From positions 96,001 through 160,000 of the forward strand of contig CAVSHR010000007.1 of the NCBI GenBank assembly GCA_963727625.1: 64,000 nt of DNA, in the 5' to 3' direction. Below the pieces are notes generated by a model. The model was not told the DNA's origin and searched no databases. It saw nothing but the letters and a program-made list of their open reading frames with translations. This document shows, one piece after another, positions 24,951 through 38,800 of this stretch. Source of the DNA: an uncultured delta proteobacterium. GTDB lineage: Bacteria; Desulfobacterota; Binatia; UBA9968. Both the position numbers and the translations under genes were made by a program. Within the stretch, counting starts at the first letter, position 1, and each line of letters starts with the position of its first letter.

Positions 24951-27900
24951 TTGAAATTGCAATTTCTTCGTAAGCTGTTACGTCAGCTCCCTTCAGAGGC
25001 CATTGCCCTTTCGGCGATTGAAGAACCGATTCGGGCTGAACTCTTCAGCAGCGAGCGTCTCGAGCAGCACGCCGAAAGCCTTGCGGCCGCCCAACGCGTC
25101 ACGACCACGCCGCGCAAAGGTCGTCCACTGTTGCCGCGCGTGCTCGACAACGGGCGAGTGCTGCTCGAATCGTATCGTGCTATCGCCCGGGCAATTCGCG
25201 AGGAGCGCGCGATCACTCCTGCGGCAGAGTGGCTGGTGGACAATTACCACATTGTCGACGAACAACTGCGCGAGATCCGTGATCACCTGCCGTCGAGCTA
25301 CTACCGGGAGCTGCCGAAGCTGGCTGAGGGTCATCTCCAGGGCTATCCGCGCGTGTATGGGCTGGCCTGGGCTTTTGTCGCCCATACGGACAGCCGGTTT
25401 GACCCGGAGACTCTCCGTCGGTTCGTGCACGCTTACCAGCGCGTACAGCCGTTGACAATCGGTGAGCTCTGGGCAGTCGCCATCACCTTGCGAGTGGTGC
25501 TCGTGGAGAATCTCCGGCGCCTGGCGGAGCGCATCGTGCGTAGTCGGGCTGGCCGTCAAGAGGCCGACGCGGTGGCCGACCGCCTGCTCGGACTGGGCGG
25601 TCGGTCGACCGAGGCTGCGGCGACGGTCCTCGGGCGGTTCGAGGGTGCCCCTTTGGCCAGAGCCTTCACGGTCCAGCTCGTCCAGCGGCTACGCGATCAA
25701 GACCCGGTGGTCATGCCGGCCCTGCACTGGCTTGAGGAACACCTAGCGGCTCAGGGAACGACCGCGGATGAGATTGTCCGAGTCGAGCACCAGCGGCAGG
25801 CTGCGATGAACGTCACCGTGCGCAACGTGATCACCAGCATGCGCCTGATCTCCGCCTTCGACTGGGCGGAATTCTTTGAGAGCGTCAGTCTGGTCGACGC
25901 CGTGCTCTGGGCCAACAATGGCTTTGCCGCTCCCGACTTCGCCACGCGCGATCGTTACCGGCACGCCATCGAAGAACTCGCGCGGTGTTCGCAGCACACT
26001 GAGCTTGAAGTTGCGCGACGGGCGGTATTTCAAGCGAAGCGCTTCCGGAGCGAAGCGCCGGCAGGCGCCGACCCCACGGTCGATCGTCGCGGGGACCCCG
26101 GCTATTACCTGATCTCAAAGGGACGCGCAGTTTTCGAGCGGGAAGACGGTTTCCGCGCCCCGATCCGGAGCAGGCTTGTTCGGGTGTACGTTGCTCGCGC
26201 GGCGTCACGTTACCTTGGAACCATCGCGCTTGTCAGCGGCCTCTTGCTCACTTTGTTCCTGTTCAATTCCGGTGCAGCGCAGGTCGGTAAAGCGGGCCTG
26301 CTTCTACTCGGGCTTCTCGCTCTCGTCCCGGCTTCAGATCTGGCGATCTCACTAGTCAATCGTGAAGTTGTGGAGCTACTTGGGCCCCGGGCGCTACCCA
26401 GGCTGGCGCTCCGTGACGGAGTGCCAGCGGAGCTTCGGACGTTGGTCGTCATACCGACTCTCCTGACAGGCCACGCCCAGATTGCCGAGCAGATCGAGCG
26501 GCTGGAAGTGCACTACCTGTCCAATCCAGATGGGGATCTTCGTTTCGCGCTCCTTTCCGACTGGACCGACGCGCCTCAAGAAACCATGCCGGGAGACGAC
26601 GAACTGCTGGCTGCGACGATTGAGGGCATCGCGCGGCTGAACCAACGCCATGGGTCCGCCCCAGATGGGAGCGAGCGATTTCTCCTTTTCCACCGTCGGC
26701 GCGGCTGGAACGAAAGCGAGCGAAAGTGGATCGGCTGGGAGCGTAAACGTGGGAAGCTCCATGAACTGAACCGCTTGCTGCGCGGTGCTACGGATACCAG
26801 CTTTGTGCCAACCGGCGGTCGGGCACCTTTTGTTCCTTTCGACGTCCGCTATGTCATCACACTGGATGCCGACACGCGGTTGCCAAGGGGGTCCGCCGCT
26901 CGACTGGTCGGCACCCTGGCGCATCCCCTCAATCGGCCGAGGTTTGACCCGGATGTCGGTCGAGTCGTTGAGGGCTACGCTCTGCTTCAGCCGCGCGTCA
27001 CGCCGGTGCTACCGACCGAACGAAACGGCACTATTTTTCAGCGCATCTTCTCGGGCCCGGGCGGCATTGACCCGTACGCATCTGCGGTCTCCGATGTTTA
27101 CCAGGACCTTTTCGGTGAGGGATCTTACACGGGTAAAGGAATCTACGACGTCGATGCATTCGAGGCAGCCCTGGCCGGGCGGGTGCCGGAGAGTACCTTG
27201 TTGAGCCACGACCTCTTTGAAGGGATCTTCGCGCGTGCGGGACTGGTCACCGATGTCGAATTCTTCGATGAGTTTCCCTCGCATTATGCCGTTGCCGCAG
27301 CTCGCCAACACCGCTGGGCCCGCGGTGACTGGCAGTTGCTGCCGTGGATCATTGGCCATGCGCGAGACGCGAGCGGCGGCCGGGTTCACGCGTCGATCCC
27401 TCTGATCAGCCGTTGGAAGATGCTCGATAACCTCCGGCGCACACTATCGGCCCCGGCCGCCTTTCTGACTTTGGTTGCCGGGTGGACGCTACCGTTCGCT
27501 TCGCCGGTGATCTGGACAACGTTCGTGCTGGCAACTATCGCGCTTCCCCCGCTTTTGCCTGTCTTGATCGGGCTGATCCCGCATCGCCGCGGGATTTCGA
27601 AACGGAGCCACCTGCGTGCCGTCGGCACGGACCTGGTCCTTGCCGTGTCCCAGGTTGCACTCACGGTGACCTTGCTTGCCCACCAGGCTTGGTTGATGAC
27701 CGACGCGATTGTCCGGACACTCTTTCGCGTGTCTGTAACGCGCCGAAAGCTACTCGAATGGGTAACCGCTGCACAGGCGGAAGCTATTTTCTATGTCACT
27801 CTCGGTAGCGTCTATCGTCGGATGGGCGGGGCCGTAGCGCTCGCCGCGCTAGCAGCCATCCCGGTCCCATTAGGGCCGCCGGGAGCATGGTTGTTTGCAA

Positions 27901-30900
27901 TGCCGTTCGTGCTTCTCTGGGCGCTGTCACCCGCGGTGGCACAGTGGATCAGCCTGCCGCCCCACGTGGCCGGGGCTCGGCCGCTTTCGGCAGATGATGC
28001 TCGCACGCTTCGGTTAACCGCGCGCCAAACCTGGCGGTTCTTCGAAACCTTTGTCGGTCCGGAAGACCACGCCCTTCCTCCCGACAATTTTCAGGAAGAG
28101 CCGACTCCGGTTGTGGCTCACCGCACCTCGCCCACCAACCTCGGCTTGTATCTCCTCTCCACCATCGCTGCACATGATTTCGGCTGGCTCGGCACCGTGG
28201 CCGCAATCGAGCGGCTCGAAGCGACGCTCGGCACCATGAACGGCCTCGAGCGTTTCCGCGGCCACTTTTATAACTGGTACGACACGCGTGACCTCCGCCC
28301 GCTTGATCCTAAATACATATCCTCGGTCGATAGTGGAAACCTGGCCGGCCACCTCATCGTCCTCGGACAAGCGTGCCAGGAAATCATCGACCGCCCGCTG
28401 CTGGGACCGCATGCGCTTTCGGGGATCGCCGATGCCGTCCTGCTTCTCCACCAATCGGCTCGCGCAATCGCCGATGACCGGCGCACACAAACGGTCACCC
28501 GGAAACACTTGGATGAAGCGCTCGATGCCCTGACCGCCGCTCTCAATCCGGTGCCTGTGACTCCAGGTGGTTGGGTCGTGCGCCTTACCGAGCTTGAGGC
28601 CCGCGCTCATACCCTGGCGGACATTGCACGCACGCTGACTGCGGAACGAGGTGACAGCGCCGATGCAGAGTTGGTCGCTTGGGCGGAGGCCGTGCGCACG
28701 GACATCGCAAGTTTCGCGCGCGATCTCGACATGGCATTTCCCTGGGCGCGGCTTGTCTTTGGGAATGATCCCTCAAGTCGCGCGACGACCGCGGAACAAG
28801 ACTTGGGTTCGACGGCGATCGCACGCTCTTTTCTCTCGTTGCCGACGCTGCGTGACACCCCGGACCGCTGCGCGACCGCTGTACACGAGCTCACCACTCT
28901 GCGCGCGGGCTTGGCGAGCCGACAGCGCCGCACAGAGCAATACCCGGACAGGAATCGATGCGATCATCGAAAGTCTCGCGCGTTCTGCCGCAGCCTCTGG
29001 AGCGCTGGCCCGCCGTCTTGCAATTCTTGTGACGCGCACGAAGACGATATTCGACGCGATGGAGTTTGGCTTTCTCTTCGATCCGACGCGCAAACTCTTC
29101 TCGATCGGATACCGGGTTTCCGACAGCAGCCTGGACCCGGGTTGTTACGATCTGCTGGCCTCTGAGGCGCGACTCACAAGCTTCGTGGCTATTGCCAAGG
29201 GCGATGTCCCGTCGTCCCATTGGTTCCACCTCGGTCGTGCTTTAACACCCGTCGATTGGGGATCCGCGCTCGTCTCATGGTCCGGGTCCATGTTCGAGTA
29301 CCTTATGCCCGCGCTCGTCATGCGCTCGCCGTCGGGGAGCCTGTTAGCGCAGACCTACGATCTCATCGTCCGTCGACAGAGAAAGTATGGAGCCCAGCGC
29401 GGCGTGCCCTGGGGAGTCTCGGAATCGGCCTACAACGCGCGCGATCTGGAGCTCACCTACCAGTATTCGAATTTTGGCGTGCCAGGCCTAGGCCTCAAAC
29501 GCGGGCTGAGTGAAGACGTGGTTGTGGCGCCTTACGCGACCGCGCTGGCGGCGATGTTTGACCCGAAAACGGCGGCAGAGAATTTCACACGTCTTACCGA
29601 GGCCGGCGCGAGCGGCCGTTATGGTTTTTACGAGGCACTCGATTACACCGCGACGCGGGTCCCCGAAAACCAAGCCGTGGCTGTCGTGCGCACCTATATG
29701 GCACATCACCAGGGGATGTCGCTCGTGGCGCTCGCAAACGTCCTCTATGAGGGCGTCATGCGCGCGCGGTTTCACGCCGAGCCGCGCATGCAAGCTGCCG
29801 AGCTGCTGTTGCAGGAACGCACTCCGCGCGACGTCTTGGTCGCCCGGCCCAGGGTCGAGGAAGTCCGGGCGGTCGCCAACGTCCGCGATCTCACTCCGCC
29901 GGTCCTGCGTCGGTTCACCTCCCCACACGATCCGACTCCCGGAACTCACCTCCTCTCCAATGGGCGATACGCGGTGATGGTTACGACGGCGGGTTCCGGA
30001 TTCAGCCGCTGGCGCGACCTTGCCGTCACACGTTGGCGCGAGGACCGCACGCGTGACGGCTGGGGGACGTACTTTTTCCTGCGCGACGGGCACAGCGGCC
30101 AAGTCTGGTCGGCTGCATACCAACCGAGCGGTGTCGAACCGGACAGCTATGAAGTGGTTTTTTCCGAGGACCACGTAGAGATCCGGCGGCGCGATGGCGC
30201 GATCGGGACGACGCTCGAAGTCGTCGTTTCGCCGGAGCACGACGCCGAGGTGCGCCGGGTGTCGATCACCAACCTTGGACCGCGAACCCGGGAAATCGAG
30301 GTAACGTCGTACGCCGAAATCGTACTGGCGCCACCCTTAGCCGACACGGCCCACCCGGCGTTTTCCAATCTGTTCGTGCAGACGGAATTTGCTGCCGAGC
30401 TCGGCGCCCTGCTGGCCACGCGCCGGCCACGGTCACAGGGCGAGCCTCAAGTATGGGCAGCGCACGTGATCGTCGCCGAAGGGGATACGATCGGCAACCT
30501 GCAATGGGAGACCGACCGCGGTCGCTTTCTCGGCCGCGGTCGCGGCATCCGCACGCCGATGTCGGTCATCGACGGCCTCCCGCTCTCCAACACAGTCGGC
30601 GCGGTGCTCGACCCGATCGTCAGTTTCCGGCGCCGCGTTCGCCTTGCTCCGGGCGCTACCGCGCGGGTCACGTTCTCTACAGTCATCGCGCCATCGCGCG
30701 ACGAGGCGCTCGCACTGGCCGACGAGTACAACAATCCGGCGACCTTTGAGCGCACCTCCACGCTGGCATGGACGCAGGCCCAGGTCCAGTTACACCACTT
30801 GGGTATTGATTCCGATGAGGCCTACCTATTTCAGGAGCTCGCCGGCCAGGTTCTATACTCGGACCCTACACTGCGGCCTTCCTCCGCGATCCTCGCACGT

Positions 30901-33816
30901 AATACCCGGGGGGCCTCGGCACTCTGGCGCTACGGCATTTCCGGCGATCTGCCGATTGTTTTGGTCCGAATCGACGATCCCGAGGACCGCGGGATTGTCC
31001 GGCAACTGCTGCGCGCTCACGAATACTGGCGGATGAAGCAACTCGCCGTCGACCTCGTGATTCTGAACGAACAGGCACCGTCCTACGCTCAAGATCTCCA
31101 GGCCTCCTTGGAGGCCCAGGTCCGCACCAGCCAATCTCGCCGGAGAGAGGAGGGGCATGACCCTTACGGTCGCGTCTTCATTCTGCGAGCCGATCTTGTT
31201 TCGACCGAGGATCGCAGCCTGCTCCAGACCGCCGCGCGGGCTGTGCTCTTGAGCCATCGCGGCACCCTGATCGAGCAGGTCGTTCGTCAGCAGCGGTCCG
31301 AGGCCGCCGCGGTTCTACTATCCGGGCGTCTGCCCACAACGAAGCCAGATGTCTTGCCGCCGCGACCCGACCTCGAGTTCTTCAACGGCCTCGGTGGCTT
31401 CGCCGGGGATGGCCGTGAGTACGTGACAATTCTAGGAGAGGGACAGTGGACGCCGGCCCCCTGGATCAACGTGATTGCGAACCCTTCCTTTGGCTTCCAG
31501 GTTTCCGAGTCGGGCTCGGGGTACACCTGGTCGCTCAACAGCCATGAGAACCAGCTCACGCCGTGGTCCAACGATCCGGTGAGCGACCCGGCGGGCGAGG
31601 CGATCTACGTCCGGGACGAAGAGAGCGGCGAGCTGTGGGGCCCGACGGTACTGCCGATCCGCGAGGATGCCTGGCCCTATGTCGCCCGACACGGCCAGGG
31701 TTACAGCCGCTTCGAGCACTCATCGCATGGGGTTTCACTCGAGCTCTTGCAGTTCGTGCCACTCGAGGACTCAATCAAGATTTCCCGCCTTACCATTGAG
31801 AATCACTCGGGACGGTCCAGACATCTCTCGGTGACGGCGTATGTCGAGTGGGTGCTCGGAGCTTCGCGGAGCGCCTCCGTGCCCTTCATTGTCACCGAGA
31901 TCGACATGGAAACCGGAGCACTGCTCGCGCGCAACTATTGGAACAGCGAATTCGGCGGCCGTGTCGCGTTTGCCGATCTCGACGGGCGCCAGACCTCGTG
32001 GACAGGCGATCGGACGGAGTTTCTCGGTCGAAACGGCACTCTCGACCATCCGGCATCGCTCGTACGAGGGGACCGGCTCTCGGGAAAAGTGGGCGCCGCC
32101 CTCGACCCGTGCGGTGCCTTGCAGACGACGTTGGAATTAGGTGCGGGGGAGCGTGTCGAGATCATCTTTTACCTCGGTGAAGCGGCGAGCACGGAAGAAG
32201 CGCGAACGTTGATCGCGCTCTACCGCGGGGCTGACCTTGATGGGATCCTGCGCGCGGTCATGAAGCGTTGGGATGACGTTCTTGGCGCGGTTAAGGTGAC
32301 AACTCCTGATCGTGCTATGAATGTCATGCTCAACCGCTGGCTGCTTTATCAGACGCTGGCCTGTCGTGTCTGGGCGCGAGCGGCGTTCTATCAAGCCGGC
32401 GGCGCCTATGGCTTTCGCGATCAGCTCCAAGACGTGATGGCGCTCATGGTCGCGAATCGAGACGTCGCGCGCGCGCAGTTGCTGCGGGCCGCCGGTCGGC
32501 AGTTCGTTGAGGGTGATGTTCAACACTGGTGGCATCCGCCGTCCGGCCGGGGCGTGCGGACCCGTATTTCCGATGATCTACTCTGGCTGCCGTACGCGGT
32601 TTTCCACTACCTTGGAGTCACAGGCGATGTCGGTCTTCTCGACGAGGTCGTTCCCTTCCTCGACGGGCCGACTCTCCCAGTTGGGCAAGACGAGTCATAT
32701 TTCGAGCCCCATGTGTCCGCGCAAAGCGCTACCCTGTTCGAGCATTGCGCGCGCGCGCTCGACCGTAGCCTGGCGGTTGGCAGCCATGGCCTGCCGCTGA
32801 TCGGCACGGGAGACTGGAATGATGGGATGAACCGGGTGGGATCTGCGGGGAAAGGCGAGAGTGTCTGGCTCGGCTGGTTTCTCCACACCATCCTCTGGGA
32901 GTTTGCGCGGCTGGCCGACGCCCGCGGCGAGCGCCGGCGCGCCGAAATGTGGCGACTCCATGTCAGCGCGCTCAAAGCCTCGCTCGAACGCGAGGCCTGG
33001 GATGGCGAGTGGTACCGGCGCGCCTACTTTGACGATGGGACGCCGCTCGGCTCTGCGACGAACACAGAATGCCGCATCGATTCGATCGCCCAGTCCTGGG
33101 GGGTTCTTTCCGGTGCCGCCGAGCCGGCTCGCGCTGCGCGCGCCATGGCGGCGGTCGAGAAATACCTCGTTGATCGCGACAACCGGCTGGTCCTCCTCTT
33201 CACCCCGCCTTTTGACCAAGCGAGCCCCGACCCCGGCTATATCAAAGGATACCTTCCGGGCGTGCGTGAAAACGGTGGCCAATATACTCATGCGGCGATC
33301 TGGTCCGTCCTGGCCTTCGCGGCGCTCGGCGATGGCGACAAGGCCGGCGAGCTTTTCTCGCTCTTGAACCCGATCAATCACGCGAGCAGCCGGGCCGGCG
33401 TTTACCGCTACAAGGTCGAGCCCTATGTCGTCGCCGCCGATATTTATGCCGAACCGCCGCATATCGGGCGCGGCGGCTGGACGTGGTATACCGGATCAGC
33501 GGGTTGGATGTATCGGGCTGGCATCGAGTGGATCTTGGGTTTCCGTCTGCGCGGCACAAGGCTTTTCCTCGACCCTTGTATCCCGCGCGCATGGCGTGGA
33601 TTTGAGATCACATTCCGCTATCGCTCTGCGCGCTACGAAGTCGTCGTCGAGAACCCACGGGGTGTTGCGCGAGGATTGTCGTCTCTTGAACTCGATGGCG
33701 CACCGCTCGCAAGTGACAGCATGTATATCCAGCTTGCCGATGACGGTGCGGCGCACCGTATACGCGTTGTCCTCGGGGAGAGCCCGCTTATGCTCAAAGC
33801 TAAAGTGTCCCTGTGA
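24951..33816 (+). CDS. ndvB: Cyclic beta-1,2-glucan synthase (GT84, cyclisation domain and GH94 phosphorylase), one +1 frameshift near 28917
   Basis: IRAELFS.ERL, WERKRGKL, TLDADT, SHDLFEG, RQHRWARGDWQL, PPDNFQ, RTSPTN, SWSGSMFEYLMP, YQAGGAYGFRDQLQD, GDWNDG, RENGGQYTH; two overlapping ORFs (24951-29165 and 28651-33816). Confidence 0.9.
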
Positions 33817-33911
33817 CCCGGCCACCGAGCAGCTGGGAAGAGATCCGTGATTGACAGCGATAGGCTCTTTAGAGCCGTCCGCAATGCGCGTTGCATCGTC
33901 AGTGAAATGAT

Positions 33912-34112
33912 TGGATGGCCCGGGCAATCCGGCAGGCGGTCGCGCTCACGAAGAAGCTCGTGGCCGCCAAGACCGATTCGCCGAACAACTCGCCGACCGC
34001 CATGCAGAGGGTTGGGGCGTCGTGGAGCACGATGGTCGACTTCGAGTCCATCGAGAAGGCGATGAACTGAGCGGAGCGCGTCGAGCCCCTCAGCGTTGTT
34101 GAGCAGGCCCTG
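33912..34112 (+). repeat. Direct repeat of the TIR gene 3' half plus downstream DNA (matches ~24534-24734)
   Basis: Visual alignment, roughly 90% identical; WMAWEI is WMARAI in this copy and the 5' part of the gene is missing. Confidence 0.92.
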
Positions 34113-34493
34113 GCGCGAGCCGATGGCGCCCGAACCCGCGCCGCAACGAGGCTCGGCCCGAGGGATTATCATGCCGAGAAGCGGACGATCGGCAACGACG
34201 ACCTGGGCCGCCGCATTGTTTCCAGCCATAGGATATCTGGGCTACAAAGGGTGAGTGGAGGGTTTGTGATCAACCTGCTAGTCTGGCTCTGGAGGGTGAT
34301 CCTCTTGGAAAATTGTTTGATGCTACCCTTGATGGAAAAGAGACCTGCGAGTTCACTCGTTTGGTGAGGATCGTTAAAGACGCGTCGCTGATGAGCAAGG
34401 TCGCTGACCGGCGCTCGACCCCATAAGCGCATGGATTTGCCTTGACGAACCGTCCAGCGAGCCGATTGACTGTCCCTAGGAGGAGGTGTACCG

Positions 34494-34730
34494 ATGGTTG
34501 ACATCAATGAAAACAGCGTGAGTGCCGTGCTGCTGAACGACGGCTGGCACCAACCGATTGCGGGGACCTTCAAGATTGACAACATTCGAATTCATGCCGA
34601 CGCGGCAGCCGGAGTTGACTACGGAAAATCGTGCGCGATGTGGGACGAAGAGGCCCGTCCGGCCGACGGCACGACGGTCACCGTCACCGCGCCGCTCGCG
34701 TCAATCCTGGCCTTCCAGCAAAAGAAATAA
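34494..34730 (+). CDS. Small hypothetical protein (78 aa)
   Basis: Very strong RBS aggaggaggtg just upstream of ATG; globular-looking composition. Confidence 0.65.
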   Translation: MVDINENSVSAVLLNDGWHQPIAGTFKIDNIRIHADAAAGVDYGKSCAMWDEEARPADGTTVTVTAPLASILAFQQKK

Positions 34731-34861
34731 GTTGCGGCCGTGAGGCTTGAGATCGGCGCGCCGATTTCGGCAGTTGTTGACAGGGTGTCTTAACCGGTGG
34801 AGTATGCCATCGCGCCGCCAGGGCGGCGCGATCCAGCCGAGAACCCGGCAAAGGAGAGCCC

Positions 34862-35605
34862 ATGTTTACTTTTGGATCTATTGCCACAGTTCTGATCATT
34901 GCCGTTTTGCTAGTCATCAGCGGCATCAAGATTTTAAAGGAATATGAGCGCGCGGTGATCTTCAGGCTTGGGCGTTTGGTCCGAGCGCGCGGCCCCGGGA
35001 TTATCTACGTCATTCCTTTCGTTGAGAAAATGCTGCGAGTGGGACTCCGCACGGTGACCATGGATGTCCCGCCGCAGGATGTGATCACCCGCGACAACGT
35101 CTCGATCAAGGTCAGCGCCGTTCTCTACTTCAGGGTCGTCGAGCCCAATCGGGCGATCACGGAAGTGCAAAATTATCTCTTTGCCACCTCTCAACTCGCC
35201 CAGGTCACGCTCAGGAGCACATGCGGGCAGGCCCTGATGGACGAGCTCTTGGCCGAGCGGGACAAGATCAACGCGCGAATTCAGGAGATTCTGGATTCCC
35301 AAACAGAGCCGTGGGGAATCAAAGTGGTGTTAGTCGAAATCAAGGACATCGATCTTCCGCTCGACATGCAGCGGGCCATGGCCAAGCAGGCCGAGGCGGA
35401 ACGAGAGCGGCGCGCAAAGATCATTCACGCCGAAGGGGAGTTTCAGGCCTCGCAGAAGTTGGCCGATGCAGCGGAGATCATTGCAAAACAGCCGGCAGCC
35501 ATGCATCTTCGATTCTTGCAGAGCCTAGTCGAGGTATCGGCGGACAATAATAACACCGTTGTCGTGCCGTTGCCCGTGGACTTGTTGCGGCGCTTTCTTG
35601 AATAG
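34862..35605 (+). CDS. SPFH/stomatin-like (slipin) membrane protein
   Basis: [56 protein letters not shown]. Confidence 0.93.
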   Translation: MFTFGSIATVLIIAVLLVISGIKILKEYERAVIFRLGRLVRARGPGIIYVIPFVEKMLRVGLRTVTMDVPPQDVITRDNVSIKVSAVLYFRVVEPNRAITEVQNYLFATSQLAQVTLRSTCGQALMDELLAERDKINARIQEILDSQTEPWGIKVVLVEIKDIDLPLDMQRAMAKQAEAERERRAKIIHAEGEFQASQKLADAAEIIAKQPAAMHLRFLQSLVEVSADNNNTVVVPLPVDLLRRFLE

Positions 35606-35829
35606 CGCGCGCCTCTTGCCGTGCGACGAAAACCAAAGCGATTCTTGGTAGAATCCCTACCTTTCCACGATAACGTCCTAACGTTCCATAGGACGAAACA
35701 ATTTTATTTCCCGGGGAGTTCTTGCCTCGTGATTTCTGTTTCCTCCTGGGCGGCATTGTGGCACAGTGCATTTGATCCCCGGACGATCTTATTGAAGGTT
35801 TCATCGGAGCGTTTGCAAAGGACGCGAAT

Positions 35830-38800
35830 GTGATGACTGCAAAGAAAAAACCCGCGAAATCTTCTCGGGCCAGAAGTTCTACTCCGGCCGTCACAAACAA
35901 ACAAAAAAATATTCTGATTGTTGGAGTCGGCGCTTCAGCGGGCGGATTGAAAGCGTTCGGCGATTTCTTTTCCCACATGACCCCTGACAGCGGCATGGCT
36001 TTCATTCTGATCCTTCATCTCGACCCGACCCATGTCAGCATGCTTCCTGAGCTTTTGAGAAAATATACGAAAATGGCCGTCCCTCAGGTCAAAGCTGGAA
36101 CGAAGGTTGAGCCCGACTCGATCTATATCATTCCGCCAAACAAAAAAATGACCACAAAGCATGGAAGGCTCATTTTAGCCGAGCCCTCGGAGCCGCGCGG
36201 TCTGCGGCTGCCGATCGATACCTTTTTCCGCTCATTGGCCCAAGACCAAGGAAGCCGCGCGATTGGCGTTATTCTTTCGGGAACCGGCACAGACGGGACC
36301 ATGGGAGCGAGAGCAATTAAGGAGGCAGGCGGGCTGGTCATCGCCCAAGACTTGGCATCAGCCGAATTCGACGGCATGCCAAGAAGCGCCATAGACGCCG
36401 GTGTGGTGGACTATGTGCTGGCGGCTGAAAAAATTGCCGAGCATCTTCTGATGCCCGCGATAAGTTCGCGTGTCCAGGGAAGCGCTGGCACCCCGGCCCT
36501 TTCAGGCATGCCCCCCGACACCCTGGAAAAGATTTTTCGTGTTTTGCGGTCGCAGAGCGGCCATGACTTCTCCGCTTATAAGAAGAACATGATCTGCCGG
36601 CGCATCGATCGGCGCATGAGCATCCAGGAAATTGAAAACCCTTCGGACTACCTGCAATTTTTGGAGCAAAACGCCAAGGAAACGGCAGCGCTTGCCAGGG
36701 ACCTGCTCATTGGCGTAACCAGCTTTTTTCGCGACCCGCAGGCATTCAAGGTGCTGAGTCGAGTCCTCAAAGGGATGCTCGCGAAGAAGCCGAAAGATGA
36801 TGCCGTGCGGGTCTGGGTTCCGGGCTGCGCCAGCGGCGAGGAGGCGTATTCCATCGCGATCATATTGCGGGAATGCATGAACGCGTTAAGGAAGCGCTTT
36901 AACGTGCAGATTTTCGCCACCGACATCGATAGCGACGCGATTGAGACGGCTCGCTCCGGAATCTATCGCGGCAATCTCGTAAAAGACGTCACGAGGGAGC
37001 GACTCAGGCGATTTTTTCTCGATCAAAGGGACGGTTATCAGGTCAAAAAAGAAATTCGGGGAATGGTGATTTTTTCTATCCAGGATCTTGTCATGGACCC
37101 CCCGTTTACCAAACTGGACTTGGTTAGTTGCAGGAATCTGTTGATCTATCTGGATGCCCCATTGCAGAGACGACTCTTGAGTCTGTTCCATTATGCGTTA
37201 CGGCCGGATGGAATTCTGTTTCTTGGCAGCGCCGAAACTGTCGGTGGCGACGTCGATCTTTTCGCTGAGCGAAACAGGAGATGGAAGATCTTCAAGCGCA
37301 GGCACTCGATGCATGCGGCCGAACTGAGTATGCCTTTTTTCTTTGACCGCTCTTACAAGGAGAGCGGTGAGATAGGTTCCCGGGCGATCAACACAGGGAG
37401 CGGCGACCCTGCGACCTCCGGGATCGCGGAAAAGCTGCTGTTGGACCACTACGCGCCGCCCTGCGTGCTGATCAACAAAGCCGGGAACATTCTTTACACC
37501 CACGGCCGGACCGGCAAGTATCTCGCGCTGCCTCAGGGCCAGGCAAGCTTGAACATTCTGGCCATGGCGCGCGGTCCTGTTAGGAACGCGCTCGCAACTC
37601 TGGTGCACACAGCAAGCGCGCGAAAACGACCGGCTTCCCTGCAAGGCATACGACTCGGAAGCGACGGTAAAGATCACCGGCTGAACCTCACGGCCACCCC
37701 CTATTCCAGCGGTCGTGGAGCCGGGGAACTGCTGCTGATCGCCTTCGAAGACGCCGGCCCCCGCAAAGTCAAGACGGGAAAAACCGGGCGGCCGGTGCAG
37801 CGCAATTCTGCGCTCGTGGCTCGATTAGAACAGGAGCTGTGGGACGCGCGTGAGCAAATTCAAACGGTAAGCGAGGAGAAGCAATCGCCCGAGGAAGAAC
37901 TTCGGTCGTATAACGAAGAATTGCAGTCAGCCAATGAAGAGCTTCAGAGTATGAATGAAGAGCTGGAGACTTCCAAAGAAGAGCTCCAGTCGCTCAATGA
38001 AGAGCTCGCGACCGTCAACGCGGAGCTGCAGGGAAAATCCGAAGAATTGTCCACCGCTAATGATGATATCAGAAATCTGTTCGACAGCACAAAAATAGCA
38101 ACGCTCTTCCTGGATACCCGGTTGTGCGTCAAGCGCTTCACCCCGGAAATGACCAAAATCATCGACCTGGTCCCCGAAGACATCGGCAGACCCCTGAGCC
38201 ACTTCAGAACCAGATTGGTGGACGAAAATCTGGTTCAAAATACCCAGGAAGTCCTGGACACCCTGATCCCGGAGCAAAATGAAATCAGGAGCATCGACGG
38301 TCGGTGGTACCTAATGCGCATGACGCCCTACCGAGCGGCCAGCAATGTCATCGCCGGTGTCGTGATTAGTTTCATCGATATCACCGAACGTAAGCAGTTC
38401 GAAGTGGCCGCCGAGAAAGCCCGGGAATTTGCCGAGGGTGTTGTGGAAACCGTGAGAGAGCCCTTGGTCGTGCTCGATAGGGATTTGACCGTTGTTTCAG
38501 CCAACCTATCCTTTTACCGGCGATTCAATTTAGCTCCTAAGCTGGCCCAACGGCGTTCTTTGTTCGAGCTCAATAAGCGGCAGTGGGATGTTCCCGAGCT
38601 GCGCGGGTTGCTGGAGAAAGTTATTCCCGAGGATCACGCGTTCGATGATTTTACGGTCGAACAGGACATACCCGGTCTCGGACGCACAATCCAATTGCTG
38701 AGCGGGCGCCGAATTCGTCGCGGCGCGATCGATACCGACCTCATCCTGCTGGCATTCGAAGACGTCACGGATCGTGAAAAAAGAAAAGAACTGAGCGCCC

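Noticed and set aside
28651-29165. Programmed frameshift or natural split of ndvB
   Set aside because: No slippery heptamer or convincing RBS for the second ORF; a single extra base explains the overlap.
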